This document shows positions 11,130 through 23,636 of a stretch of DNA of 64,000 bases, one piece after another. This stretch comes from Octopus sinensis (taxonomy: Eukaryota). Under the pieces are notes generated by a model, which did no database searches, was not told where the DNA came from, and saw only the letters and a program-made list of their open reading frames with translations. Every line of letters begins with the position of its first letter. The first letter of the stretch is position 1. The DNA lies in NCBI RefSeq assembly GCF_006345805.1, contig NC_043021.1:19282001-19346000 (forward strand). The letters are read 5' to 3'. Both the position numbers and the translations under genes were made by a program.

Positions 11130-12843
11130 TTCATTCATTCATTCTTGTGGTCAGAGTTGTGTTCTCTCTTCATAAGTCTTACTAGAATAAGTCATTGAAC
11201 GATCTTCCCATGCCCATCACCCTTTCTGAAATAATTCAGAAATAATCAACTTATCAACTGGCAAAAGCAAGATTATCAAGCATGCTTGTTCCACCAACAG
11301 TTAATTGGAAATACTCCAGAGATTTGTTTGAGCCATTTTATATAAAAATATTTTCTCTTCGTTGGTGAAAGGAAACTAAAAACCCAGTGAAAGTTTTCGT
11401 TGACCCTGAAGATTAAAGGGAGATAATTTCAAGAAAGTAAGAATTAACTTCCTTGGTTAATTTACTTGATTGAGAGAAGGAAAATCTGTTTTTTTTTTTT
11501 GAGGCCTGAGAAACAATTATGGTTTACGTCTATATAGGACTGGATTCATGTATAGGCTGATATGAGCCAGAGCCAACAGAACCCCAAGCGGTGGGAGCCC
11601 CTTTAACTCTGAGAAACAATTATTGATATGTTCAGGCTTGTTAGACCTCATCAGCATAGAATTATAATGGAAGGCAAGGTTTACGATAGCGGAAGAATAT
11701 TGTCTTCCATCATTCTTTTGTTCTTCGTGCAGTTCAGGCTTCCGGCAGGCGAAGAGAGAAGACTTCAAGTACAAACGCTATTTACAGGATTCACAGGATA
11801 GGTGAGGTGTGCTGCTCTCAGCTACCATCTTAAGCTGTGTGCGTTGTGTATGAAGCTCTGTTAGTGTGGATACATTGCCTCTGGAGATACAGGTCCAGCC
11901 AGTGGTGGTGTTCAGCTAGTGCTGCTGAAAGGTGACACTAAAAAAGAGAGATTTGAATTGGGTTTTCCCTTTATATAGTTTCCATTGTGAACCTCGTTGT
12001 GATCTCTTGACCGAGATATTCAAATACATTTGAAATCCTTTATCTAAAATTCCAGTGTTTCGGGGAAACCCCTTCATTCTGCTAACTGAAAACATTGTAA
12101 GATAATAAAGAGGACCCCATTAAAACTAAAGCCCCCAAACGCTTTGAAGAGGCTCCATAACTGAAGAGATTCAGAGAACTCAATTAAATTTAATGGTTTT
12201 TAAAATCTAATCTAAAATAAATAAAAAGAGAGCTCAATGATTTTAAAGGAATTCAATTAGATTAAAATTCATGTAACAAGTGAAAAAAATTATAAATTAT
12301 TTATGATTGCTGTAAATATGTTAATTTTTTACTCCAAGCTTTGGGCTTCTCTGAGTTAAAGGGGCTCCCACCACTTGGAGCCTGTTGGTTCTGGCTCATA
12401 TCGGTCTATACATGAATCCAGTCCTGTAAAGACGTAAACCATGCAGGCTTGACACTAAGCAGTCAAAGGATAGCTGGATATCTCTCTTTTACTCTTTTAC
12501 TTGTTTCAGTCATTTGACTGCGACCATGCTGGAGCACCGCCTTTAGTCGAGCAAATCGACCCCGGGACTTATTCTTTGTAAGCCCAGTACTTATTCTATC
12601 GGTCTCTTTTGCCGAACCGCTAAGTGACGGGGACGTGAGTGAGCTTTATTCATTTTCGAAATGGGTGAAAAAACAAAAAAATAAATAAAGCCGGGGTTTT
12701 AGAATATAAGTGAAACAGCAGTAATGGATTTGGCAACAACTTCATTCTTAACTTCAAAGCCTTAGGCTTCTGTGAGTTAAAAAGGATCCCAATACTTGAA
12801 AATCCCAGAGCCATGGACCATGTTAGCCCATGCATAAATCTGG

Positions 12844-13286
12844 GGATCTTTTCGGTTTGAACGGCAGTTTTTAACATAATTTCTAGGTAACTAAAAAATT
12901 TTAAACTTCGTATACTGGTAGAATGTGTTTATAAAACATCTTTTTCTCTTGGCTTTCTTGAGAAAATTCTATAGTTTGTAAGATATTTGTTGTTTATTTT
13001 TTCTTCAATTTTTGCATTTTCAACCAATCACTGACGTCTATTGAGGCAAAAAAACATTCTGTGCCGTATGAATATGTCCCTCGTTTAAGAAACAGATTGG
13101 GTTTATTTACATTTGTGAAGAAAAAAAGATGCCCTTCCCCCCACCCCATAACCCTGACTAACCCTAACTCTAACCCTAACCCTAAAACAGATTGAAATAC
13201 AATAGATCGATACTAGGGTCATAATTATGGGTGACAATTTCATCTGACACCGCTAGAAAAAACTGCCGTTCAAACCGAAAAGATCC
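12844..13286. mobile_element. MITE with 29-bp TIRs and 8-bp TSD (Merlin-like)
   Basis: TIR GGATCTTTTCGGTTTGAACGGCAGTTTTT. Flanks aaatctgg and aaatccgg (one mismatch). Internal (CCCTAA)-like patch at 13149-13185. Confidence 0.8.
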
Positions 13287-13289
13287 AAA

Positions 13290-13723
13290 TCCGGCACTTG
13301 GATGGTCATATCATATCCTGAACGCCTTTGATCAAAGACTTGCTCAATCAGTCTGACCTAGGGCTAAAACAACGAAACGTAAGATCTCCGGAAGTTAAAA
13401 GTACTATAGAGTAACCTCCCCTTAAAAACAATCTCGCGCGGATTGTTTTTTATTCGAATTTGATCCTTGATCGATGTTTGTTTGTTTAATTGCTGGCTTC
13501 AGCAAGTCTTTTTTTAATTAAGAGGAGGGCGGCAAGTGGTATTGATATGTCGAGGAAGCATTGTGTGATACGATAAGTGTGTTTTATGTAATAGCACCGT
13601 GTTGTTTAGTTATACTTTTTTTTTTTGAAAGATAAGGTGTAGACTTGATCCCCCCCACCAAAGGTTATTGATAAACACTAATTAATTACTGATTTTATAT
13701 AAATTAATTACTGAAATACTGAC

Positions 13724-13768
<45 letters not shown>

Positions 13769-14419
13769 CTATCTTATCTTTTTATCCTTGGATTATTTTT
13801 TTAAAGTGATAGTAATCTGTTATTACTATTTAAATTTGTTTCATTGTCGATGATAAGATTTTGAAGAAACTAGATTTAATTAATTCGAATTAAATTAAAC
13901 TTCATCAAATATTTCGCCTGTAATATCAAAAACAGTAAGTTTTGTTGCCTTGGCAATTTATTTCGTCTTCGCCAGGTTGTGATATTTTTGTAAACATCAG
14001 CGAATAACCAATGTTTGCAATTAAAACAGAATTTTTCGTATGAAAGAAGACAGACTTCTTCGTAAGAATTAATTTTCTTCGCTACCCTTATAACATTAAT
14101 TTATTGGCATTCGTTCGGTATTGGTCTACATATATTCCGCGAGAGGAAAACCACTTTATTCACCCTCTTCAACTTAGCCTCCAAGGAAAGTTGTTTGGAT
14201 GAATGATGCCGTGTACTAATATCGGAAGGCTGCCAATTTATTTGTGATTTATTTGTAACTGTGGCTAGTTTTATTGGTTTTATTGCACGGGTTGAATATG
14301 TTTAAGGCACTAAGATTTTCTTTTAAAACTTTGACACGGCGGAAGGAAGTTGTAAAATTAGTACAAGACATAGGGTTGGAAGTGACATCGTATCGTTGCT
14401 AGGGCTCGTCATATTGAAC
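13290..14419 (+). promoter_or_regulatory. Putative FANCM promoter / 5' UTR region
   Basis: CpG-richer than the surroundings and immediately upstream of the first ATG. ETS motif CCGGAAGT at 13388-13395. TSS not determinable from sequence. Confidence 0.45.
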
Positions 14420-15026
14420 ATGCCGACGTATAAATTTACAGCAATGAAGAAGAAGTCAAATATAGTTAAGACGAAGGGTGGAGACGGAAGTGTCCAGCCG
14501 ACATTATTCCAGACTTGGGGTGCGAAAAGTACCGTCTCGACATCGAATTTCAGCAATGGTGTATCTACCGTCGATAATATTACGATAGTCAGTGACGACG
14601 AAGATGACATTTTGGTACAAGCGTTGGAATCTAGTCAAGGTAGGACGACATCGCCACCCGGAAACACGACGCATTCAGCTGGCGGTGCTCCCGACAGCGG
14701 TGGAGAGATCGATTTGGAAAGTATTCCTGATTTGCCAGGCTTTAACAAGTTTGCCGGTTGCGTTTGGATCTACCCGACTAACTACCCCGTTCGACAGTAC
14801 CAGTTTGACATCGCGAAGGAAGCTCTGTTCACGAACACGTTGGTAGTCTTACCAACAGGTCTAGGAAAGACGTTTATCGCTGCCGTCGTCATGTTCAACT
14901 TCTACCGTTGGTACTCCTCTGCAAAGGTTGTTTTCATGGCACCAACTAAACCGTTAGTGGCTCAACAAATTGAAGCTTGTTATAACATCATGGGAATTCC
15001 ACAAGACGACATGTCTGAAATGACAG
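14420..15026 (+). CDS. FANCM: FANCM exon 1: PIP box and helicase motifs Q/I/Ia
   Basis: [30 protein letters not shown] and [12 protein letters not shown]. Donor G|gtaatt (phase 1). An alternative in-frame ATG lies at 14444. Confidence 0.95.
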
Positions 15027-15500
15027 GTAATTTATAATTTCTATTTTCTTTTTTTTTTTTTTTTTTTTTAATTTTTATTTCAAGACGGTGCTCCAGCATG
15101 GCCACAGTCAGATGACTGAAGTAAGTAAAAGAATAAAAGAATAACTAATGGCGTTACAGACAGGAACTGGGTTTGGTGTTTACTGATCTTGACTGTGGTC
15201 GACCACCTCAAAAACAAAGAAATTAAAGACAGTACACCCATTTGTGGCACATTCAGTACTGCTTCTCTGTAAAACCTTTGAAAAAAAAAAAAAATCTGTA
15301 ATCTCTTATTGGTGTAGGGCTGTCTTAGCAGCATTGTAGGCCCCAGGATAAATCAGTGTATGGGCCCGACAATATTTATAGACAGCTAAGCACAGCATAT
15401 ATAGATCAGAATTGGTCAACCTATGCTCCAAAGTAAATTAATGCACTGAGCCTTTTGGTATTTATTTATTGATAAACCATATCATACACAAATCTAAATT

Positions 15501-15705
15501 GGGCCCCTAGGCCCATGAGGCTCTCAAACAAATCAATGCATTTGGTCCTATAGTATTTATTGACAGCTAGCAACAACATACTTAGATCAGAATTGGGCCC
15601 CTAGGCCCATGAGGCTCTCAAACAAATCAATGCATTTGGTCCTATAGTATTTATTGACAGCTAGCAACAACATACTTAGATCAGAATTGGGCCCCTAGGC
15701 CCGTA
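15501..15705. repeat. 94-bp tandem repeat (2 exact units plus a partial; diverged unit near 15338)
   Basis: gggcccctaggccc starts at 15501, 15595 and 15689. Confidence 0.9.
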
Positions 15706-16676
15706 AGCTCCCTTTTCCTGAGCAAATCAATGCCTTAGGCCCTGTGCTCGAGAAGACGTTAAGTCAAGTGATGTCATAATTGTGGCCAGTGCAGGTAACA
15801 CATAAAAAGGCACTTACAGGGCACCCGTGCTGGTGACAGGTAAGATGTACCAGTGCTGGTGACATGTAAAGAGCATCCACTACACGTGGGGTGGTTGGTG
15901 CCAGGCAGGGCATCCAGCTGTAGAAACCAAGCCAAACCAGACTGGAGCCTGGTACAGCTCTTTAGCTTAACATTACCAGTCAGACCATGTAACCCATGTC
16001 ACCAAGGAAAGCATACACTAAATGATGATAATGACAGTAGGTCACAGCATACATAGATTAGAAGTGAGTCCCTGGAGCCCAGTCAATTGCTCCATATGCC
16101 CATCCCTGAAGACAACACTGTACTGAGGCTTTGTAGTATCCATTATACTCTCTTGTACCTTGCTGTGATATGTCCAGCGTAACTCCACCTATCAAACTAT
16201 AGTCCTCCTCATGGGTCACACACACACACATGCCACTGGCATGTGTAAAAAGATTTGAGCGAGGTCATTGCCAGTACTGCCTGACTGGACCCCGTGCCAG
16301 TGGCACGTAAAAAGCACCCACTACACTCTTGGAGTGGTTGGCGTTAGGAAGGGCATCCAGCTGTAGAGACTCTGCCAGATCAAGATTGAAGCCTGGTGCA
16401 GCCATCTGGTTCGCCAGTCCTCAGTCAAAATCGTCCAACCCATGCTAGCATGGAAAGCGGACGTTAAACGATGATGATGATGATGATGATGAAGCTGTTT
16501 TTTCTTGTTGTGGCCACATAAAGGGTCCCTCATTTCTCCTTTGTTCTAAAACTGCTTGTAGGTTTCCTTTTTATATTTTTCTCCCTAGTTCTTGTATGTT
16601 GTGAAAGTCAAATACTTCAAACCCTTCCCCCTACAGAATTATTTTATTCAAGTAATTTTGCTTTCCTTCTCCACAG

Positions 16677-16849
16677 GTAAAATGTTGCCAGCATTACGCA
16701 AACGAATGTGGAAAGAGAAGCGAGTAATATTCCTCACTCCCCAGGTATTGGTGAACGATTTGACTCGTGGCACTTGTGAGCCGGAATCAATCAAGTGTGT
16801 CGTTGTGGATGAAGCCCACAAGTCTTTGGGCAACCATGCCTACTGTCAG
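16677..16849 (+). CDS. FANCM: FANCM exon 2 (DEAH motif II)
   Basis: ccacag| ... VIFLTPQVLVND...CVVVDEAHKSLGNHAYCQ |gtatgt; 173 nt. Confidence 0.97.
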
Positions 16850-16912
16850 GTATGTTGGACCCCTTATAACTAGCTTTAATAGACTCTCTCTCTTTGCTCT
16901 CATATCCATTAA

Positions 16913-17122
16913 CCCTTTCATTACTGTATTTATTTTGAGATGTTCTGTGTTTCTTTCAATCATTTTAAATATAACAAAGAATTTTGTAAAATAACTTAGT
17001 TATCATTCAGCTAGTGTTAGGAACATAAATTGTGACTAAGGTTTGGTGGAAGATTTTAATTCAAAACTTATGAAAGCAGGACATTTTACCACAGAGCCAG
17101 AGCCGGGTTGGTAACAAAAGGG
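16913..17122 (-). mobile_element. piggyBac-like MITE
   Basis: TTAA-flanked CCCTTT...AAAGGG; reverse copy of the 6976 family. Confidence 0.85.
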
Positions 17123-18299
17123 TTAATGGACTCTTCCATGGCATGTCATTAATCCTTTTAGCATTCAACTTATGCTGTTAAATGTAATGCTTATTTATTC
17201 ACATTGTTTTGAATTAATCATGTTTGATGATGTGGTAGTTTATTTTTAGAATGCCAATGTAGAATAGGTGTGAGGGGCCAGTTTGAACAGGTAGAATATT
17301 TTGGTTGGATATGGCCAACCAAATCAAAATCAAAATCGAAATCGATCAACATCAATGGAAATTGTAGCTGTGATACCAGTGCCGGTGGCATGTAAGAGAA
17401 CCATCCGAACGTGGTCGTTGCCAGCGCCGCCCTGACTGGCCTCAGTGCCGGTGGCATGTAAAAAGCATCATCCGATTTGGCAGTTTGCCAGCCTCATCTG
17501 GCCTCCGTGCTGGTGGCATGTAAAAAGCACCATCCGATCGTGGCCGTTTGCCAGCCTTGTCTGGCCTCTGTGCCGGTGGCACGTAAAAAGCATCATCTGA
17601 TCATGGCCGTTTGCCAGCCTTGTTTGGCACCTGTGCCGGTGGCATGTAAAAAGCACCCACTATACTCACGAAGTGGTTGGCGTTAGGAAGGGCATCCAGC
17701 TGTAGAAACATTGCCAGTCTGTCGCAGGTGAGCTGCAAGATGCAGTAGGAAAGAGTGAGAGAAAGTTGAGGTGAAAGAGTCAGCAGAAGTTCGCCGTTAC
17801 CTTCTGCCAGATCCGTGTGGAGCCTAGGTGTTTCGCTCATAAACATAGACATTGCCCAGTTTGAGATTCAAATCCACGATTCCTCAACCATGAGTCCGCT
17901 GCTCTAACCACTAGGCCATGTGCCTCCACCACCTATATAGGGTAATAGCAGTGACATTGGTTGACAATCAACATCAAGGTCAAAGGAAACACATGCACAC
18001 ATGCACAAGCATATACATACTTCATCATCATCTTTTAACATCCATTTTCCATGCTGGCATGGGTTAGACGGTTTGACCAGAGCTGGCGAGCCGAAGAGCT
18101 GTACCGGGTTCCAATCTGCCTTGGTATGGTTATGCTGCCCTTCTTCATCATCGTTTAATGTCTGCTTTCCATGCAGGCATGGGTTGGATGGTTTGACTGA
18201 GGACTGGCAGGCAAGGAGGCTGCACCAGGCACCAACATGATCTGGCAAGGTTTCTACAGCTGGATGCCCTTCCTAATGTCAACCATGCTGAGAGTGTAG

Positions 18300-18960
18300 T
18301 GGGTCCTCTTTACATGTTACTGGCATGGGGGTCAAACAGGTGGCACGGGAGCCAGTCAGGTTGCACTGGCATCAACCGCGCTCGAATGGTGCTTTTTATG
18401 TGCCACTGGCACATGAGCCAGTCAAGTTGCACTGGCATCGATCATGCTCGAATGGTGCATTTTATGTGCCACAGGTACGGGAGCCAGTCAAGTGGTACTG
18501 GCATCAACTCATGCTTAAACGGCGCATTTTATGTGCCACTTAGGCAGCCCTGGCATTGGCTACGATTTCACTTGACTCAACAGGTCTTCTCAAACACAGC
18601 ATATTACCTGATGACTGAATTGTACTTTAAAATGGGCCAGTCATGCAACACAGGCATGGACCATGGCTACAATCTCACTTGGTTTGCTGGAGCTTCTCAA
18701 GCACAGCATATCTCCAAAGGTCTCGGTCACTTGTCATTGCCTCTGTGAAACCCAACGTTCAAAGATCATGCTTCACCACCTCATCCCATGTCTTCCTGGG
18801 TCTACCTCTTCCACAGGTCCCCTTCACTGTTAGGGCCGTCCTTCAGTACTTTGTCCATGTCTTCTTGGGTCTCCCTCTCTCACAAGTTCCATTCACTTTG
18901 AGAAATCGGCACTTCTTTATGGAGTTGTTGGCATTCATCTGCATCACTTGACCGAACCAG
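18300..18960 (-). mobile_element. RTE LINE 3' fragment (end of ORF plus UTR)
   Basis: Same ORF-end/UTR junction as the 38690-39975 copy. Confidence 0.7.
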
Positions 18961-19717
18961 TGCAGCCTCCTCTCTTGCATCTAATTCCTCTTATGCCTAA
19001 CTTCTCTCTTACCAGCACTCTGTCATACATGTACGCTTACATTATTTGCCTCACAATTGGGTGGAATCTGTTTTGTTCTAGCCTCTTTTATACTTTAACC
19101 CCTAATCTCCTAGCATAGAGCCACTTCCCTCTCTACTGTAGCCTTTCTCAGGGATCTTTAGTCTTCCCAACAGCATGGTGACTATACACCACTCAGCTGA
19201 GGGGTCTTATCTGCTTGAAACCCTGTCAAAACTCAAATTAGGACTATGTCCTACCCTCAGGTCTACCTGTTCATGTTGATCAGCAACCATTGAAATGGGG
19301 ACACTAAATGATGATGGTATACTTGCACACGTCATACCACCTGGTTAACACTAACATAATCATCATCATCATCATTTAATGTCCGTTTTCCATGCTAGCA
19401 TGGGTTGGACGATTTTGACCGAGGGCTGGTAACCAGATGGCTGCACCAGGCACCAATCTGATCTGGCAGAGTTTCTACAGCTGGATGCCCTTCATAACGC
19501 CAACCACTCCGAGAGTGTAGTGGGTGCTTTTTACATGCCACCTGTACGGGTCCAGTCAGGCAGTACTGTGATTTCAATGATGTGATGACCAAGGTCGACT
19601 TTTAAGAAACACACAAAAACCGTTAGATTCACTTCAACATTTAAATTTGATTTAATTTTAACCACTAAAATTCCATTTTAGAACATCATCAAATAACTAT
19701 GAATTTTTGATTTTCAG

Positions 19718-19795
19718 GTTATGCGAGAACTTGTGAAGAAGACCAGGGATTTCCGAGTGTTGGCGTTGAGTGCGACTCCAGGCAATAATTTAAAG
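19718..19795 (+). CDS. FANCM: FANCM exon 3 (SAT motif III)
   Basis: ttttcag| VMRELVKKTRDFRVLALSATPGNNLK |gtcaaa; 78 nt. Confidence 0.95.
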
Positions 19796-20994
19796 GTCAA
19801 ATTATATTGGAATGTTTTTTTTGGTGTTTTTTTATAGTGTATTTGTTTTAAAGATAATTTAGATGTTTTTGTGTTTATTTTGTTGTTGATGATATAAGAA
19901 TTTATAAACTCTAAAGAATGTTAAATAATTCTGGTTTGGACAAGCGGATCTTGAAGTAGATAGAGCTATGAATAATATTGTGTAAATATTGGACTAAAAA
20001 AATCGAGAGAAGTTGATGGCTCTCTCTCTCTCTATATATATGTGCACAGGGTTGGCCAAGGGTCACCTGATAGTAAATCAAGGTTCCATAAATTCCATCT
20101 GTAATTCTGTATTGACTTGAATAGAAAACTGTGGCACTCAAGAAGGGCTTCAGTTGGAACAATTTTCATGATGCTTCATATTTAGATGCTTTTATTAAAT
20201 TCATTCAGCTGGAATTAAATGGTTTTGATCTACCATCAAGTAACTTTTTATCAACCCCGTACACACACACACACACATATATAATAATAATAATATTAGG
20301 GAGTATAGCTCCAAACTTACAGGAAAAAATTCGATTTAGCATTAAATCAAATTTCACAGTATAAATATATAAAACATGAATTAGAGATAAAACCAGTATT
20401 ATGCAACTCAAACAGTGATAGACATAAACCAATACATAAATAACAAATAATATAAATATAATTAATATAAAATATAATCATCATCATCATTCATTTAGCG
20501 TCCGTTTTCCATGCTAGCATGGGTTGGACGGTTCAACTGGGGTCTGGGGAGCCCGAAGGCTGCACCAGGCCAGTCAGATCTGGCAGTGTTTCTACAGCTG
20601 GATGCCCTTCCTAACGCCAACCACTCCGAGAGTGTAGTGGGTGATTTTATGTGCCACCGACACAGGTGCCAGACGAGGCTGGCGAACGGCCACGCTCGGA
20701 TGGTGTTTTTATGTGCCACAGACACAGGTGCCAGACGAGGTGGCAGACGGCCACGCTTGGATGGTGTTTTTATGTGCCACCGACACAGGTGCCAGATGAG
20801 GCTGGCGAACGGCCACGATCGGATGGTGTTTGTTACGTGCCCGCAGCACGGAGGCCAGTCGATGCTCGGTACTGGCTACGGCCACGTTCGGATGGTTTTC
20901 TTGTGTGCCACAAAGATACAAATTCCATTGATGTTCATCTATTTTGATTTGTTTGATTGATTTTCACTTGCCTCAACAGGTCTTCACAAATAAT

Positions 20995-21029
<35 letters not shown>

Positions 21030-21032
<3 letters not shown>

Positions 21033-21578
21033 GCCCTGATGCAGTACCAGGCAGTGGCTTTCATGGCTTCTGATCTTAACTGATTGGAAGTGTTAGCATG
21101 TACATTGTTTTGTCTTGGTATAAAAGATGGGCTACAGCAAATATTCTGCTCAATACTACAGATTTGCTTGTCAGTTGTTTGACCTTAACCAGTTGAGCAT
21201 GTCCCTTAGTGGCTGACAATATGTGCATCTCTGATCACGAGCGGAAGTAGTGGGAGAGCATCATAGCCATGTGTTGAGAGGGATTCTTTGGCGTTTGAAT
21301 AATTCACCTCTGGAAACATGGGTGTTTTGTTCAACATCCTTAAACAATCCTTATTCAGGGACCTTTGGAGCAGGACGGGTTACTCGACAATTCTAACTGG
21401 GCCCCACCTGCAAAGTCATGCGCAGTTTATCTTGATATGAGATCACCATGTCACGCACATATGGTTGTGATGCATGTGCCTTGTGTACCCTTATCAGACA
21501 GGTAGTCATGATGGGTACACTGGGCTTCGTATATTTTACCCCAGTCTCACTTTGATGGCATGCGCTTCTCTCTCACTC
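21030..21578 (+). mobile_element. Unclassified interspersed repeat with (AAT)n tail
   Basis: Shared with 45270-45610, 56625-56718 and 60544-60972 (-). The shared end, ctcactc (ctctc at 56718), runs into (AAT)n in all four copies. Confidence 0.7.
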
Positions 21579-21954
21579 AATAATAATAATCTTTTCTGCT
21601 ATGGGCACAAGGCCTGTAATATGGCAGGAGGGGACTAGTCAATTACATCACTGGTACTTAATTTACAATCCAGTTAAATTCACTAAATAATAGAACCAGT
21701 GCCCTAGGGAGGTTTCTGATACTCAATGGCACAATGGAGCCAATGCCATACCATTCCTGACACTCCATACAGAAATGAGGACAGGTGCCTTTATTAAACA
21801 GTGGAACCTTAATGTTAAAATCAGGCCAAAGTGAAAAAAGATTGGTCAACAAGAATAGATCGGTCATTAGAGCAGAATTACTGGGAAAGTGTTATATATA
21901 TATATATATATTATATATAAAATATAATATAATATATATATATATATATATATA

Positions 21955-22785
21955 GAAGACCAGGCAGCTGAGAAGACCAGGCAGGACAAGTGAGCCCAGC
22001 CCACTTATGAATGCCTTTCCTCCCTTGGACACAAAGACCTGTTGAGGCAAGCAAAGTCGATATAGAACCTCATCCGACGACAGACACCCGTGCCAACCCC
22101 CCCATGCTTGCGAAGACATGTTGGGGCAAGCGAAATCGAAATCGAAACCGAATTGAACCAGCCAGGATCCCTGGCCTGGTGGTACGTAAAAAGCACTATC
22201 CGACTCGTGGCCGTGGCACGTAAAATACTCCAATGCGACCGTACGACAGGCACCCATGCCAACCCCCTTTGCTTGTGAAGACATGTTGGGGCAAGCGAAA
22301 TCGAATTGAACCAGCCAGGATCCCTGGTCTGGTGGTACGTAAAAAGCACTATCCGACTCGTGGCCGTGGCACGTAAAATACTCCAATGCGACCGTACGAC
22401 AGGCACCCATGCCAACGCCCTTTGCTTGTGAAGACATGTTGGGGCAAGCGAAATCGAATTGAACCAGCCAGGATCCCTGGTCTGGTGGTACGTAAAAAGC
22501 ACTATCCGACTCGTGGCCGATGCCAGCACCGCCTCGACTGGCTTCCGTGCCGGTGGCACATAAAATATACCAATCTGACCGTGGCCGTTGCCAGCCTCGC
22601 CTGGCACGTAAAAAGCACCCACTACACTCACGGAGTGGTTGGCGTTAGGAAGGGCATCCAGCTGTAGAAACATTGCCAGATTAGACTGGAGCCTGGTGCA
22701 GCCTTCTGGCTTCCCAGAACCCCGGTCGAACCGTCCAACCCATGCTAGCATGGAGAACGGACGTTAAACGATGATGATGATGATA
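21955..22785 (+). mobile_element. RTE LINE 3' end with an internally triplicated module
   Basis: Starts at the ORF end (gaagaccaggc). gaagacatgttggggcaagcgaaatcgaa occurs three times. Ends ccatgctagcatgg...(GAT)n. Confidence 0.8.
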
Positions 22786-22787
22786 TA

Positions 22788-23167
22788 TAGGCGCAGGAAT
22801 GGGTAGTGGTAAGTAGCTTGCTTACCAACCACACGGTTCTGGGTTCAGTCCCACTGCGTGACACCTTGGGCAAGTGTCTTCTACTATAGCCTCGGGCTGA
22901 CCAAAGCCTTGTGAGTGAATTTGGTAGACGGAAACTGAAAGAAGCCTGTCGTATATATATTTATATTATATATATATATATATGTATGTATATGTGTGTG
23001 CGTGTTTGTGTGTCTGTGTTTGTCTCCCCAACATCGCTTGATGCTGGTATGTTTACATCCCCGTTACTTAGCGGTTCGGCAAAAGAGGCCGATAGAATAA
23101 GTACCAGGCTTACAAAGAATGGCCGCAGTCAAATGACTGAAACAAGTAAAAGAGTAAAAGAGTAAGA
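22788..23167 (+). mobile_element. tRNA-type SINE with an internal (TA)n(TG)n microsatellite
   Basis: ggcgcagga...ggttcagtcccactg head, microsatellite middle, ...gaaacaagtaaaagagtaaaagag tail. Copies at 27364-27785 (-), 36240-36560 (-), 36933-37330 and 46965-47527. Confidence 0.8.
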
Positions 23168-23231
<64 letters not shown>

Positions 23232-23602
23232 AATTGCAGCGTGGAAGGTGTTTATAAGCCATTTAAGAAACACACAAAGACCGTTAGATTCACTTCAACA
23301 TCTAAATTTAATTTGCCAAAATATTTTCGTCAAAATTCCGTGCTGCATCATGGAATTTTGTCAGTGAACAGGTCGTGGTCTCAAGGAAACGAAAATCTTT
23401 TGGCAAATCAAATTTAAATGTTGAAGTGAATCTAACGGTTTTTGTGTATTTCTTAAAAGTTGACCTTGGCGGAATTTGAACTCAGAACGTAGACAGACAA
23501 AATACCGCTAAGCATTTTGCCTGGCATGATAATGTTTCTGCCACCTCGCCTCCTTTTTTCAAATGTATAATAATGTCCCAAGGATTTTCTATTTCTTATT
23601 CT

Positions 23603-23636
<34 letters not shown>

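Noticed and set aside
13149-13185. Telomere or chromosome-fusion scar
   Set aside because: Only about 6 degenerate units, and they are internal to a TIR element present twice.
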